This document shows, in pieces, positions 51,911-61,952 of a DNA stretch of 64,000 bases. Both the position numbers and the translations under genes were made by a program. The stretch spans positions 288,001 to 352,000 of the forward strand of contig CAWGKG010000018.1 in NCBI GenBank assembly GCA_963823035.1, read 5' to 3'. The notes below the pieces were generated by a model. That model was not told the DNA's origin. It was given only the letters and a program-made list of their open reading frames with translations, and made no database searches. Source of the DNA: an uncultured Gemmatimonadales bacterium. GTDB lineage: Bacteria; Gemmatimonadota; Gemmatimonadetes; Longimicrobiales; Gaopeijiaceae. The first letter of the stretch is position 1, and each line of letters opens with the position of its first letter.

Positions 51911-52144
51911 TCAGTCCTCCAGCCGCCGCGACAGCCGTGCGAGCCGTCGCGACACCGAGACGATCCACCCGAACACAAGGATCCACGCGATCGCGTAGGC
52001 GATGAACACGAAGCGATACGGCAGCATGGACTGAGCACCCAGGCCCGCCCCGGGCATGCCCTGCGCGAGGAGGGGCGACGCGAGGACGACGAGGCCCAGG
52101 AGCGCCGCCCCGCACCGGTGGAGAAGTCGCTTGGACAGGAGCAT
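51911..52144 (-). CDS. ccmD: CcmD-family protein
   Basis: FVFIAYAIAWILVFGWIVSV followed by basic RRLARLSRRL; follows ccmC. Confidence 0.75.
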   Translation of the reverse strand: MLLSKRLLHRCGAALLGLVVLASPLLAQGMPGAGLGAQSMLPYRFVFIAYAIAWILVFGWIVSVSRRLARLSRRLED

Positions 52145-52173
52145 GACGCCTCTCGGAAGAGCGGTTCGGGGGT

Positions 52174-52866
52174 TCACGCGCGAGCCTGGTGCTCGCGCAC
52201 GTCCAGGGTGTGACGGGCGACCTCGAGGGTGTAGCGCATCAGGAAGACGCCCAGGAAGAGGAGGAGGAGCGAGCCGAGGCCGACCATCAGCGTGGCCAGC
52301 ATCGGCGCGGCAAGCGTCGGCCCCTCCGGCTTGATGACCACGGGTGTCGGGTGCAGAGACCGGAACCAGAGCACGCTCACGTGGATGAGCGGGATGTCCA
52401 GGGCCCCGACGATCCCCACCACCGCGGCGAAGCGTTTCCCGCGCTCGGGGTTCTCGGTCGAAGAGCGCACGAGGAAGTAGCCGAGGTAGATGAACCAGAG
52501 CAGCAGCGTGAGCGTCAGGCGCGGCTCCCACGTCCAGTACGTCCCCCACGCGACCCTGCCCCAGAGCGGCCCGGTGAGCAGCACGATGGTCGTGAAGACC
52601 ATGCCTCCCTCGGCGGCGGCTACGGCCGCCTGGTCCAGGTGGTCGTCGCCCAGCCAGAGGTACATGGCACTGCACAGCGCGACGATCCCGAAGGCCAGAA
52701 AGGCCACCACGGCGGAGGGCATGTGCACGTAGAAGATCCGCTGGATGATCCCCTGGTTGGCCTCCGTGGGCACCCAGAAGAACACCATCCAGTGCAGGAC
52801 CAGCATCCCCAGCGCGCCCGTCACCGCCAACACGGGGCCGGCCGTACGGATCTTCTTCGATGGCAT
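52174..52866 (-). CDS. ccmC: Heme exporter CcmC
   Basis: RIFYVHMPSA, WGRVAWGTYWTWEPRLT (WWD domain), WFRSLHP. Confidence 0.93.
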   Translation of the reverse strand: MPSKKIRTAGPVLAVTGALGMLVLHWMVFFWVPTEANQGIIQRIFYVHMPSAVVAFLAFGIVALCSAMYLWLGDDHLDQAAVAAAEGGMVFTTIVLLTGPLWGRVAWGTYWTWEPRLTLTLLLWFIYLGYFLVRSSTENPERGKRFAAVVGIVGALDIPLIHVSVLWFRSLHPTPVVIKPEGPTLAAPMLATLMVGLGSLLLLFLGVFLMRYTLEVARHTLDVREHQARA

Positions 52867-53543
52867 CACTCCTCCACGACGAATCGGAACATGGCCGCCC
52901 CGGCGAACACGGCCAGGACGGCGAACGCGGCAAGCATCCGCAGGTTCCCGGCGATCTCCGCGACCGGCCGGCCCACGAGGAGACGGCTGGTCGCCGAGAC
53001 CCCGTAGATGATCATGGGCACCAGGAGGGGGAAGACGAGGATGGGCAGCAACGTCTCGCCCATGTGGGTGCCGGACGACACGGCGCTGAAGAGCGTGCCC
53101 AGCGCGACGAAGCCCAGAGAGCCGAGCGCCAGCACCAACGCGAGCAGCAGCGGGCTCGATCCCAGCTTCAGCCCGAAGAAGAGCGTGAAGACCGCCACCA
53201 CCAGGAGTGCCACCACGTAGAGCAGAACGAAGTTCGCGGCGGTCTTCCCCAGGAAGACGGCGTCCTTGGAGGCGGGGCTCGTCAGCACGCCCTGGAAGGC
53301 GCCGTCCTGTGCCTCCAGGTGGAAGGTGCGCCCGATGCCGAGCAGCCCCCCGAAGATGAGCGTCATCCAGATGAGACCGGACGCGACGTCCTGCGGGCGC
53401 ACGATGGTGGCGTCGATCGAGTAGTTGAAGAGCACGCCGGCGAGCACGGCGAACGCGCCCATGGCCGCGATGCGCTCGCGCGTGCGCAACTCCAGGAGGA
53501 GGTCCTTCCACACGATCGCGTACACCTGGCCGAGGTAGGTCAT
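52866..53543 (-). CDS. ccmB: Heme exporter CcmB
   Basis: KDLLLELR, FHLEAQDG, LGK, LLPILVFPLLVP. Confidence 0.92.
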   Translation of the reverse strand: MTYLGQVYAIVWKDLLLELRTRERIAAMGAFAVLAGVLFNYSIDATIVRPQDVASGLIWMTLIFGGLLGIGRTFHLEAQDGAFQGVLTSPASKDAVFLGKTAANFVLLYVVALLVVAVFTLFFGLKLGSSPLLLALVLALGSLGFVALGTLFSAVSSGTHMGETLLPILVFPLLVPMIIYGVSATSRLLVGRPVAEIAGNLRMLAAFAVLAVFAGAAMFRFVVEE

Positions 53544-54337
53544 GCCAGTCCGCTCTCCACCACGCGATGGTAGAAGTGCTCGAAGGCGTCCGCGTCGACC
53601 TCGTCGCGCCCGCCCTCCCAGGCGAAGCGCCCGCGCACCTGGATCGCGATGCGGTTCGACAGCTCGAGGCCCTGCGTCAGGTTGTGCGTCACCATGACGA
53701 CCGTGCGCAGCCCGTCCTTGAGGGACGAGAGCACGCCGCGCAGCACCGCGGCCGCGTAGGGATCCAGGCCCGTGTACGGCTCGTCGAGCAGGACCAGCTC
53801 GGGGTCGTGCAGGAGCGCGCGGGCGAGCGCGGCACGCTGGCGCATCCCGTGCGAGAGCTGACGGGCCAGGAAGTCCGAGCGGTCGCCGAGACCCACCTGC
53901 TCGAGGCGCGTCGGGATGCGCTCGTCGAGGTCCTTCAGCCCGAACAACCGGCCGAAGAAGCGGAGGTTCTCCGCCAGCGTGAGGTGGGGGTAGAGGAAGC
54001 TCTGATGGGAGAGGACGCCGATCCGGCTCCGCCAGGACGTCTGGCCGAAGTCGAGCCGCTGGCCGCCCACCCACACCTCGCCCCTGGTGGGCTTGAGCCG
54101 ACCGCCGAGGAGGCTGAGGAGGGAGGTCTTCCCGGCCCCGTTCGGGCCGAAGATCGTGAGGAAGTCCCCGGGAGCGAGCTCGAGATCGATGCCGTCCACG
54201 GCGACCACGACGCCGTAATCGCGCGTGAGCCCTCGGGCGGACAGGACCGGATCCACCCGACGCGCTACCGGAGCCGGGGCGATCGAGGCTTCCACGAGAA
54301 GAGGAGCGTCAATGAGTGGCGGCTGCCTGGAGGGCAT
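53540..54337 (-). CDS. ccmA: Heme ABC exporter ATPase CcmA
   Basis: GPNGAGKTS, LSHGMRQR, LLDEPYTGLD, VTH; start uncertain. Confidence 0.9.
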   Translation of the reverse strand: MPSRQPPLIDAPLLVEASIAPAPVARRVDPVLSARGLTRDYGVVVAVDGIDLELAPGDFLTIFGPNGAGKTSLLSLLGGRLKPTRGEVWVGGQRLDFGQTSWRSRIGVLSHQSFLYPHLTLAENLRFFGRLFGLKDLDERIPTRLEQVGLGDRSDFLARQLSHGMRQRAALARALLHDPELVLLDEPYTGLDPYAAAVLRGVLSSLKDGLRTVVMVTHNLTQGLELSNRIAIQVRGRFAWEGGRDEVDADAFEHFYHRVVESGLA

Positions 54338-54749
54338 GGCCACACGACGCGCAGAAGCGGCTACCGGGTTCGTTCGAGAAGCCGCATTCGGGGCAGAACG
54401 ATCCCTCGCGCAGCCCGAGACGCGCCTGGGCGATCTCGGCTTCGAGCGCGGAGGCGTCGACGGAGGCGCTCTCGCCGCTGCGCGCCTTCTCGTCCGCCTC
54501 GAGCGCCGCGAGCGCCTCCGCCGTCAACTCACCCTTGAGCGACCGGTAGTCGTTCTCGTCCAGCTTCCCGGCGAGGTAGTCGTACTCCACGTCGCGCAGC
54601 GCCAGCAGCGCCACCCGCTTTCTCGCCTCCGTCTCCGTGAGCTCGTCCTCGTCGCGCTCGAGCGAGGCGTGCAGCCCCTTCGCGACCGGCTGGACGATGA
54701 AGAGGATGACCGCAGCCGCCACCAGAGCCGCTCCCAGGAACAGCATCAT
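54309..54749 (-). CDS. CcmI N-terminal-like protein with a C-terminal double zinc ribbon
   Basis: N-terminal TM; ALRDVEYDYLAGKLDENDY; CPECG...FCASCG. Confidence 0.75.
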   Translation of the reverse strand: MMLFLGAALVAAAVILFIVQPVAKGLHASLERDEDELTETEARKRVALLALRDVEYDYLAGKLDENDYRSLKGELTAEALAALEADEKARSGESASVDASALEAEIAQARLGLREGSFCPECGFSNEPGSRFCASCGHALQAAATH

Positions 54750-54750
54750 G

Positions 54751-56802
54751 TCAATCGGCTCCGACAGCGACGGGCTCGCCGCTCGGCACCGCCTCCACGA
54801 CCCGCTTCTTCTCGGCGCTCGGCCACAGGCCGATCAGGCTCCCGACCGTCAGAACGAGCGCTCCGTACCAGATCCACCCCACCAGCGGCTTCACCAGCAC
54901 CTGCAGGTCGATCCCCTGTGCGGACGAGTCCGCGTTGAGCGCGCTGCTCGTGTCGTCCAAAGCGGACAGGATGAGATAGAGGTCCTCGACCGGCGTCGAG
55001 CGGATCCCGACCTCCGTCATGGGCTGCGTGCCCGTGACGTACATGCGCTTCTCCGTGGTCAGGTTCGCGAGGTGCTTCCCGTTCTTGTCGACGGAGATCA
55101 TCGCGATGGCCTGCCACATCAGGTTGCGCTGTCCCCGCCCCACCGAAGTCGACAGCCCCTCGTACGTCAGCGTGTACGTATGCCCGAAGGGCGACCGCAC
55201 CTCGATCGAGTCCCCCGGCATCACGTGCTGGCGCACGTCCACGTTGTACGCCGCACCGGCGAAGGCCATGAAGATCATGGCGATACCGGCGTGCACGATG
55301 TAGCCGCCCCACCGACGCCGATTGCGCGTCACGAGGTGGTAGAGCGCGACCGGGATGCCTTCGTCTTCGATCCGCGAGCGGGCCCGCGTGCCCTTCCAGA
55401 ATTCGACGACGGTGATCACCAGCACGAAGGCGCAGATGCCCCAGGTGGTGAGCGCCACCGGATGGTGCGCGCCGAGCGCGTAGAGGACGGCGACGACCAC
55501 GAGGGCGGCGATCACCGGTTTGAGGAAGTTCCTCTGGAGATTCCGACGCGTCGCGCGACGCCAGGCGATCACCGGGCCGACGCCGGCAAGCGCGAGGAGG
55601 GAGAGCCCGATCGGGAAGTTCACCTTCTGGAAGAACGGGGGACCCACCGTGACCTTCTGCCCGGTCACGGCCTCGGAGACCAGCGGGAACACGGTTCCCC
55701 AGATCACGGAGAACGCCGCGCCGAGGAGGATCAGGTTGTTGAAGAGGAACGCCGCCTCACGGGAGACGAACGACTCGATCCGGTTCTCGCTCTGCAGGTT
55801 GGGCAGACGATAGAGGATCAACACCACGCACCCCGCCAGCACCGTTCCCATGAACGTCAGGAAGATGTAGGCGATGCGCAGCTCCTGAGCGAAGGCGTGC
55901 ACCGATTCGATGAGGCCGGAGCGCGTCAGGAACGTCGCGAAGATCGTCAGGAGGAACGTCAGCACCACCAGGGACATGTTCCAGACCTTCAACATGCCCC
56001 GGTTCTCCTGGATCTGGATCGAGTGCAGGAAGGCCGTCGCCGTCAGCCAGGGCAGCAGCGATGCGTTCTCCACGGGATCCCAGAACCAGTAGCCGCCCCA
56101 ACCCAGCTCCTCGTAGGCCCAGCGCATCCCGAAAACGATGCCGACCGAGAGGAAGAACCAGGACAGCAGGATCCACCGACGGGTCAGCGTGATCCACCGC
56201 GAGTCGAGGCGGCCGTTGAAGAGCGCGGCGACCGCGAACGCGAACGGGATGGCGAACGACGTGAAGCCCAGGTAGAGCGTGGGCGGGTGGATCGTCATCC
56301 AGTAGTTCTGGAGCTGCGGGTTCAGCCCCTGGCCGTTGGCGGGCGTGAAGCCCAGGCGCTCGAACGGGTTCACGTGCGCGAACAGGAGCACGACGATGAA
56401 GAACGTCAGGATCCCCTGGAGCACGCCCGCCACATAGGGCATGAACTCGCGGTTCTTGTGCCGGTTCGTGAAGACGGAGATCGACGAGAAGATGCTGAGC
56501 AACAGCGCCCAGAACAGCAGTGAGCCGCGCTGCCCCGCCCAGAGCCCCGCCACCTTGTAGAAGGTCTCGAGCTCCCGGTTCGAGTAGCTCGCGACGTACC
56601 AGTACTCGAACTTGTCGCCGAGGAACGCCGCGATGACTCCCGCCGATGCGAGCATCAGGAGGAGGGTTACGGCATAGATGCTCCGCTCGGCGCTGAGAAC
56701 GAGGTCACCGCGCTGGCTGCGCCCGCCGGCGAATCCGAGGGCCATCCCCCAGATCGCGACCGGGAGCGCGATCCACAGCGCGAACTCGCCGAGGATAATC
56801 AC
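54751..56802 (-). CDS. ccmF: Heme lyase CcmF
   Basis: GLNPQLQ..IHPP, WAYEELGWGGYWFWDPVENASL, FLHS, SVHAF, YIVHAG, KPLVGWIW. Confidence 0.96.
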   Translation of the reverse strand: MIILGEFALWIALPVAIWGMALGFAGGRSQRGDLVLSAERSIYAVTLLLMLASAGVIAAFLGDKFEYWYVASYSNRELETFYKVAGLWAGQRGSLLFWALLLSIFSSISVFTNRHKNREFMPYVAGVLQGILTFFIVVLLFAHVNPFERLGFTPANGQGLNPQLQNYWMTIHPPTLYLGFTSFAIPFAFAVAALFNGRLDSRWITLTRRWILLSWFFLSVGIVFGMRWAYEELGWGGYWFWDPVENASLLPWLTATAFLHSIQIQENRGMLKVWNMSLVVLTFLLTIFATFLTRSGLIESVHAFAQELRIAYIFLTFMGTVLAGCVVLILYRLPNLQSENRIESFVSREAAFLFNNLILLGAAFSVIWGTVFPLVSEAVTGQKVTVGPPFFQKVNFPIGLSLLALAGVGPVIAWRRATRRNLQRNFLKPVIAALVVVAVLYALGAHHPVALTTWGICAFVLVITVVEFWKGTRARSRIEDEGIPVALYHLVTRNRRRWGGYIVHAGIAMIFMAFAGAAYNVDVRQHVMPGDSIEVRSPFGHTYTLTYEGLSTSVGRGQRNLMWQAIAMISVDKNGKHLANLTTEKRMYVTGTQPMTEVGIRSTPVEDLYLILSALDDTSSALNADSSAQGIDLQVLVKPLVGWIWYGALVLTVGSLIGLWPSAEKKRVVEAVPSGEPVAVGAD

Positions 56803-57218
56803 CCTTTCAAGTCCTCCGGAGCGGCTTCGTAGCGGCTCCCGCACTTGGTGAGCAGGGTGTTGGCCTGGAAGACGCCGTTGGCGTCCAACCTGCCTTCGAG
56901 GACGACTTCCGTATCATCCGTGAACGTGTCCGGAAGCGCGTCGCGGTATTCGACCGGGAACGTCACATCCGGATTCTCGATGTCGCGCACGCGGAATCGA
57001 TGGAGGAGCTCACCTTCGACGCGCTCGTACGTTCCCGGGATCACGCGGCCGCTCACCTTCACGCCGACGTCCTTGAAGGTCGGGTCCGTGGTGACCTTGG
57101 CCATGAGCTCGGCGGGAGTGAGATAGTAGACCATCGTCTCGCTCACCCCGGTCCAGACGAGGTAGGAAACGACGGCGGCCACCGCTACCAGGCCGACCAT
57201 GAATCGTCCGTGCTTCAT
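56799..57218 (-). CDS. ccmE: Heme chaperone CcmE, CxxxY variant
   Basis: YYLTP, V.Y...LPDTF, VVLEG, LLTKCGSRYE. Confidence 0.92.
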   Translation of the reverse strand: MKHGRFMVGLVAVAAVVSYLVWTGVSETMVYYLTPAELMAKVTTDPTFKDVGVKVSGRVIPGTYERVEGELLHRFRVRDIENPDVTFPVEYRDALPDTFTDDTEVVLEGRLDANGVFQANTLLTKCGSRYEAAPEDLKG

Positions 57219-57501
57219 GACGCGTCCTCAGTCTGTCCGGCCCGGAGTGCGGCCGGCGTGGGCAGAACCCGGAGGGTGGTTGATTCACCCGATCCGGTGG
57301 GATGTTCCAGACCTGCCATCCCCCCGCTGCGGCGCCGCGAACCGCTCAACGGCGCCGTTTTTTCCGCATGGAATCTAGGCGTTTCGGGCCCGTCGTGACC
57401 AGTCAGGAAAACCACTGATGGCCCCCTCCGTGACGTACCTGACCCCCCGGAGGAGTTTTCCCCACGTTCCGGGTAGTGTCTGCGCGGCTTCCCGGCGGGT
57501 T

Positions 57502-59001
57502 TCAGGAGATCCCGTCGCGGGCCCATCCGACCGCGGCGCGCACGGCCCTTCCCCACCCGGCGAGCAGCTGCTCGCGCACCGCCGCGTCCATCGAGGGGGT
57601 GAAGTGGTCGGCGCCGCCCTGTGCGGCGAGGAAGGCCTGCGCGGACGGCCAGACCCCCTGGGCGATACCCGCGAGCCCGGCCGCCCCCAGCGCGGTGGTC
57701 TCGACCAGCGCGGGCCTCCGTACCGGGAGGTGGACGACGTCCGCCTGGAACTGCATCAGCCAGTGGTTGAGCGCGGCCCCGCCGTCCACGCGCAGCTCGG
57801 TGGCCGTCACGCCGGAGTCCGCTTCCATCGCATGCAGCACCTCGACGGTGGCGTAGGCCATCGCTTCGAGCGCGGCGCGCACGACGTGAGCCCGGGTCGT
57901 GCCCCGGGTGAGCCCGACCAGCATCCCGCGGGCGTCCGGCTCCCAGTGCGGCGCACCCAGCCCCACGAAGGCCGGCACGAAGTAGACGCCGTCATTCCCG
58001 CCCAGCGAGCGGGCGAGCACCTCCGACTCCTCCGCCCGCCCCAGCACCTTCAGCTCGTCGCGCAGCCACTGGACGGCGGCGCCCGCGATGAAGACCGACC
58101 CTTCGAGCGCGTAGGCCAGCCCGCCGCGCTCGTCGCAAGCCGCCGTGGTGAGCAGACCGTGCTCGGACGCCACCGGCTCGGAGCCCGTGTTCAGCAGGAG
58201 GAAGGCCCCCGTGCCGTAGGTGTTCTTGGCGAGCCCGGCCGTCCAGCACCCCTGTCCGAAGAGTGCGGCCTGCTGGTCGCCCGCCACCCCCGCGATCGGG
58301 AGCTCGCGGCCGAGGTGGCGGGCCGAGGCGATGCCGAAGTCACCCGCGGACGGGCGGATCTCCGGGAGCGCGGCGATCGGCACCTCGAGAAGATCCGCCA
58401 GCCAGGGGTCCCACGCCGCCGTCTCGAGGTCCATGAGGAGGGTGCGCGAGGCGTTCGTGGGGTCGGTGGCGTGCACCGAGCCGTCGGTCAGCCGAGCGAC
58501 GAGCCACGCGTCCACCGTCCCCACGGCGAGCTCGCCCGCCTCCGCCCTGGCGCGCAGCTCGGGGCGCTCGCGGAACAACCAGGTGAGCTTCGTGCCCGAG
58601 AAGTAGGGATCGGCCACGAGTCCCGTGCGCCGCCGAAGCTCCGGCTCCTTCCCGGCCGCGCGCAGCTGCCGACACAGCTCCGTGGTCCGCCGGTCCTGCC
58701 AGACGATGGCGCGGTGCGCGGGCAGCAGCGTCTCGCGGTCCCAAACCACCACGGTCTCGCGCTGGTTCGTGATCCCGAGCGCGCGCACCTCGACGTCGCC
58801 GATCGCGTCGAGCGCCTCGCGCGCCACCGACATCGTCACCTCCCAGATCTCGTCGGCGTCGTGCTCGACCCAACCCGGGCGTGGGAAGTGCTGCGTGAAC
58901 TCCGAGTACCCCCGGCCGAGGACGCGCCCGTCCGCGCCGATCACCAGCGCGGTCGAGCCGGTCGTGCCCTGGTCGAGGGCGAGGACGGCGGACGTGCTCA
59001 T
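57502..59001 (-). CDS. glpK: Glycerol kinase
   Basis: LDQGTTGS, GITNQRET, YFSGTK, GDQQAALFG, KNTYGTG, LRVDGG, ETTALGAA. Confidence 0.96.
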   Translation of the reverse strand: MSTSAVLALDQGTTGSTALVIGADGRVLGRGYSEFTQHFPRPGWVEHDADEIWEVTMSVAREALDAIGDVEVRALGITNQRETVVVWDRETLLPAHRAIVWQDRRTTELCRQLRAAGKEPELRRRTGLVADPYFSGTKLTWLFRERPELRARAEAGELAVGTVDAWLVARLTDGSVHATDPTNASRTLLMDLETAAWDPWLADLLEVPIAALPEIRPSAGDFGIASARHLGRELPIAGVAGDQQAALFGQGCWTAGLAKNTYGTGAFLLLNTGSEPVASEHGLLTTAACDERGGLAYALEGSVFIAGAAVQWLRDELKVLGRAEESEVLARSLGGNDGVYFVPAFVGLGAPHWEPDARGMLVGLTRGTTRAHVVRAALEAMAYATVEVLHAMEADSGVTATELRVDGGAALNHWLMQFQADVVHLPVRRPALVETTALGAAGLAGIAQGVWPSAQAFLAAQGGADHFTPSMDAAVREQLLAGWGRAVRAAVGWARDGIS

Positions 59002-59014
59002 GCTGCGGTGGCGG

Positions 59015-59620
59015 TCATGGTGGTCCGTGGTCGAACGATCCGAAGGCGTAGCGCCAGCCCGCCCGCCCCAGGAGGTCGATCAGGAGGCCGAGGGGCAGGC
59101 CGACGACGGTATAGTAGTCGCCGTGGATCTCCTCCACCAAGGCGGCTCCCAGCCCCTGGATCCCGTACGCGCCGGCCTTGTCGTGGGGCTCGCCGCTCGC
59201 CACGTAGGCCTCGGCGAGCCCCCGGTCGAACGCGCGGAAGCGCACCTCCGCCCGCCCCACGGCACCGAGCACGCCGCGCGGGCCCGCCACGGCGACGCCG
59301 CTCAGCACCTCGTGCGACCGACCCGCCAGGCTCAGCAGCATCGTCAGGGCCTCGGCATCGTCCGCGGGCTTGCCGAGGATGCGGTCGTCGCACACGACCA
59401 CGGTGTCCCCCCCGATCACGAGCGCGTCGCCCACCTCCGCCGCCACGGCCTCGGCCTTCGTGCGGGCCAGGCGCTCGACGTGCTCGTGGGGGGTCTCCCC
59501 CGCGAGGTAGGACTCGTCCACGTGCGCGGGACGCACCTCGGGGTCGAGGCCGAGCTGACGGAGGAGGTCGGCCCGCCGCGGAGACGCCGATGCCAGCACC
59601 AGGCGTGGGCCGGAACTCAT
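59015..59620 (-). CDS. maf: Maf family nucleotide pyrophosphatase (YhdE-like)
   Basis: LASASPRR, GGDTVV..ILGKP, DKAGAYGIQG, VVGLP. Confidence 0.93.
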   Translation of the reverse strand: MSSGPRLVLASASPRRADLLRQLGLDPEVRPAHVDESYLAGETPHEHVERLARTKAEAVAAEVGDALVIGGDTVVVCDDRILGKPADDAEALTMLLSLAGRSHEVLSGVAVAGPRGVLGAVGRAEVRFRAFDRGLAEAYVASGEPHDKAGAYGIQGLGAALVEEIHGDYYTVVGLPLGLLIDLLGRAGWRYAFGSFDHGPP

Positions 59621-59639
59621 CGGGGCACCCCGGCCACCC

Positions 59640-60083
59640 TCATTCACGCTCGAGCACGAGCGTGACCGGACCGTCGTTGACCAGCTCCACGGCCATCATC
59701 GCACCGAACTCTCCGGTCTGTACGCGACCCGGGGCGCGCTCCCGAAGGAGCGTAACGAAGCGTTCGTAGAGGGGCACCGCGACGTCCGGGCCGGCGGCAT
59801 CCACGAAGCTGGGGCGGCGGCCCTTGCGGGTGTCGCCGAGGAGGGTGAACTGGCTCACGACGAGAACCTCACCGCCCGTCTCGTCCAGGCCGAGGTTCAT
59901 GCGACCGTCCTCGTCGGGGAAGACGCGCAGCCCCACGACCTTGTCGGCCATCCAGACGAGCTGCTCGTCGCCGTCGCCCTTCGCGAAGCCCACGAGGAGG
60001 AGATGGCCGGGGCCGATCTCGCCGACCGTGCGATCGGCCACGGACACGCGGGCGCGCGCGACGCGCTGCAGGACGACCCTCAC
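59640..60083 (-). CDS. dtd: D-aminoacyl-tRNA deacylase
   Basis: VLQRV, VSQFTL, KGRRPSF, GEFGAMM, NDGPVT. Confidence 0.96.
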   Translation of the reverse strand: MRVVLQRVARARVSVADRTVGEIGPGHLLLVGFAKGDGDEQLVWMADKVVGLRVFPDEDGRMNLGLDETGGEVLVVSQFTLLGDTRKGRRPSFVDAAGPDVAVPLYERFVTLLRERAPGRVQTGEFGAMMAVELVNDGPVTLVLERE

Positions 60084-60113
60084 CTCACGCGCACCCCCTC
60101 GCCGGCCGAGGCG

Positions 60114-61952
60114 TCACTCCACCGTGACGGACTTGGCCAGGTTTCTCGGCTGATCCACGTCGGCGCCGCGCAGGACCGCCACGTGGTAGGCCAGGAGCTG
60201 CAGCGGCACCGTGGTGAGGATCGGCAGGAGGTGCGGGAGCGTCTGGGGGACCCGGATGACATGGTCCACCTTCTGCCGCAACTCGGGCGCCTCGTCGCTC
60301 ACCACGGCGATGATCCTGCCCCCGCGCGCCTTCACCTCTTCGATGTTCGACACGACCTTGCCGTAGACGGGGTCCCGCGGCGCGAGCACCACCACCGGCA
60401 TCTCCTCGTCGATGAGGGCGATCGGCCCGTGCTTCATCTCCGCGGCGGGGTAGCCCTCGGCGTGGATGTAGCTCACTTCCTTGAGCTTGAGCGCGCCCTC
60501 CAGGGCCACCGGGAACTGGTAGCCCCGCCCCAGATAGAGGAAGTTGCGCGCGCTCATGTACTCACGCGCGAGCGCCCGCAGCGAGTCGTTGAGCTCGAGG
60601 ACCTCGGCGACCTGGTCGGGGAGCTTCTGGAGGGCCTGGACGATCTCCCTCCCCTGCAGCACGGAGAGGTGGCGCCTGCGGCCCAGGTAGAGCGTGAAGA
60701 GCGCCAACGCCACCATCTGGCTCGTGAAGGCCTTGGTGGACGCGACGCCGATCTCCGGACCGGCGTGGAGGTAGGTGCCGAAGTCCGTGTAGCGCGCGAT
60801 CGACGAGCCCACGGCGTTCACGATGCCCATCGTGGCGGCGCCGCGTTGCTTCGCCTCGCGCAGCCCCGCCAACGTGTCCGCGGTCTCGCCCGACTGGCTG
60901 ATCGCGAGCACGAGCGTGCCGTCCTCCAGCACCGGGTTCCGGTAGCGGAACTCGGAGGCGTACTCGACCTCGACCGGGATCTGGGCGAGCTCCTCGAGCA
61001 TGTACTCGCCGACGAGGCCGGCGTGCCAGCTCGTGCCACAGGCGGTGATGACGATCCGGCGCACGCGGCCGAGGTCGAACTGGTGCCGCGCGATCCCGCC
61101 GAGTCGCGCGTCGCCGTCGTCCTCGAGCAGCCGGCCGCGCATCACGTCGCGCAGGCTGTTGGGCTGCTCGAAGATCTCCTTGAGCATGAAGTGGTCGTAG
61201 CCGCCCTTCTCGATGGCGGCCACGTCCCACGTGACGCGGTGCACGGAGCGCCGCACCTCCCCGTGGTCGAGGTGGTACGTGCGGTACCCGTCCGGCGTGA
61301 GCGCGGCGTAGTCGCCGTCATCGAGATAGACCACCTCGCGCGTATGCGCGACCACCGCGGCCGCGTCGGACCCGGCGAGCATCTCCCCGTTGGTGCCCAC
61401 CCCGATCAGAAGGGGGCTACCAAAGCGCGCGACGACGATCTTGCTTGGCTCGCGGCTGGACACGACCGCCAGGCCGTACGTCCCCTCGACGTTGGCGAGC
61501 GCCTCCGCGACGGCCTCCTCCAGCGCCATCCCGTCCTTCCACAGGAAGTCGATGAGGTGGACGATCGTCTCGGTGTCGGTCTCCGAGGTGAACGTATAGC
61601 CCTCGTCCACCAGGCGGGTGCGCAGCACGCCCGCGTTCTCGATGATGCCGTTGTGGACGACCGCGATGTCGCTCGCCGCCGTGACGTGCGGATGCGCGTT
61701 CGGCTCGGTGGGCGCGCCGTGCGTGGCCCAGCGGGTGTGCGCGATGCCGCAGGTCCCGTTCGGCGCCCCATCCGCCATCGCCGCCTCGAGTGCCGCGATC
61801 TTCCCCGGCCGCTTGACGACACGCATGCAGCCGTCGGAATCCACGACCGCCACGCCCGCGGAGTCGTAGCCCCGATACTCCAGCCGCTTCAGCCCGTCCA
61901 CCAGGATGGGGATCGCTTGGCGTCCCCCGACGTATCCCACGATACCGCACAT
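60114..61952 (-). CDS. glmS: Glutamine--fructose-6-phosphate transaminase
   Basis: MCGIVG, LEYRGYDSAG, HTRWATHG, SQSGETAD, EGALKLKE, PRNLAKSVTVE. Confidence 0.98.
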   Translation of the reverse strand: MCGIVGYVGGRQAIPILVDGLKRLEYRGYDSAGVAVVDSDGCMRVVKRPGKIAALEAAMADGAPNGTCGIAHTRWATHGAPTEPNAHPHVTAASDIAVVHNGIIENAGVLRTRLVDEGYTFTSETDTETIVHLIDFLWKDGMALEEAVAEALANVEGTYGLAVVSSREPSKIVVARFGSPLLIGVGTNGEMLAGSDAAAVVAHTREVVYLDDGDYAALTPDGYRTYHLDHGEVRRSVHRVTWDVAAIEKGGYDHFMLKEIFEQPNSLRDVMRGRLLEDDGDARLGGIARHQFDLGRVRRIVITACGTSWHAGLVGEYMLEELAQIPVEVEYASEFRYRNPVLEDGTLVLAISQSGETADTLAGLREAKQRGAATMGIVNAVGSSIARYTDFGTYLHAGPEIGVASTKAFTSQMVALALFTLYLGRRRHLSVLQGREIVQALQKLPDQVAEVLELNDSLRALAREYMSARNFLYLGRGYQFPVALEGALKLKEVSYIHAEGYPAAEMKHGPIALIDEEMPVVVLAPRDPVYGKVVSNIEEVKARGGRIIAVVSDEAPELRQKVDHVIRVPQTLPHLLPILTTVPLQLLAYHVAVLRGADVDQPRNLAKSVTVE

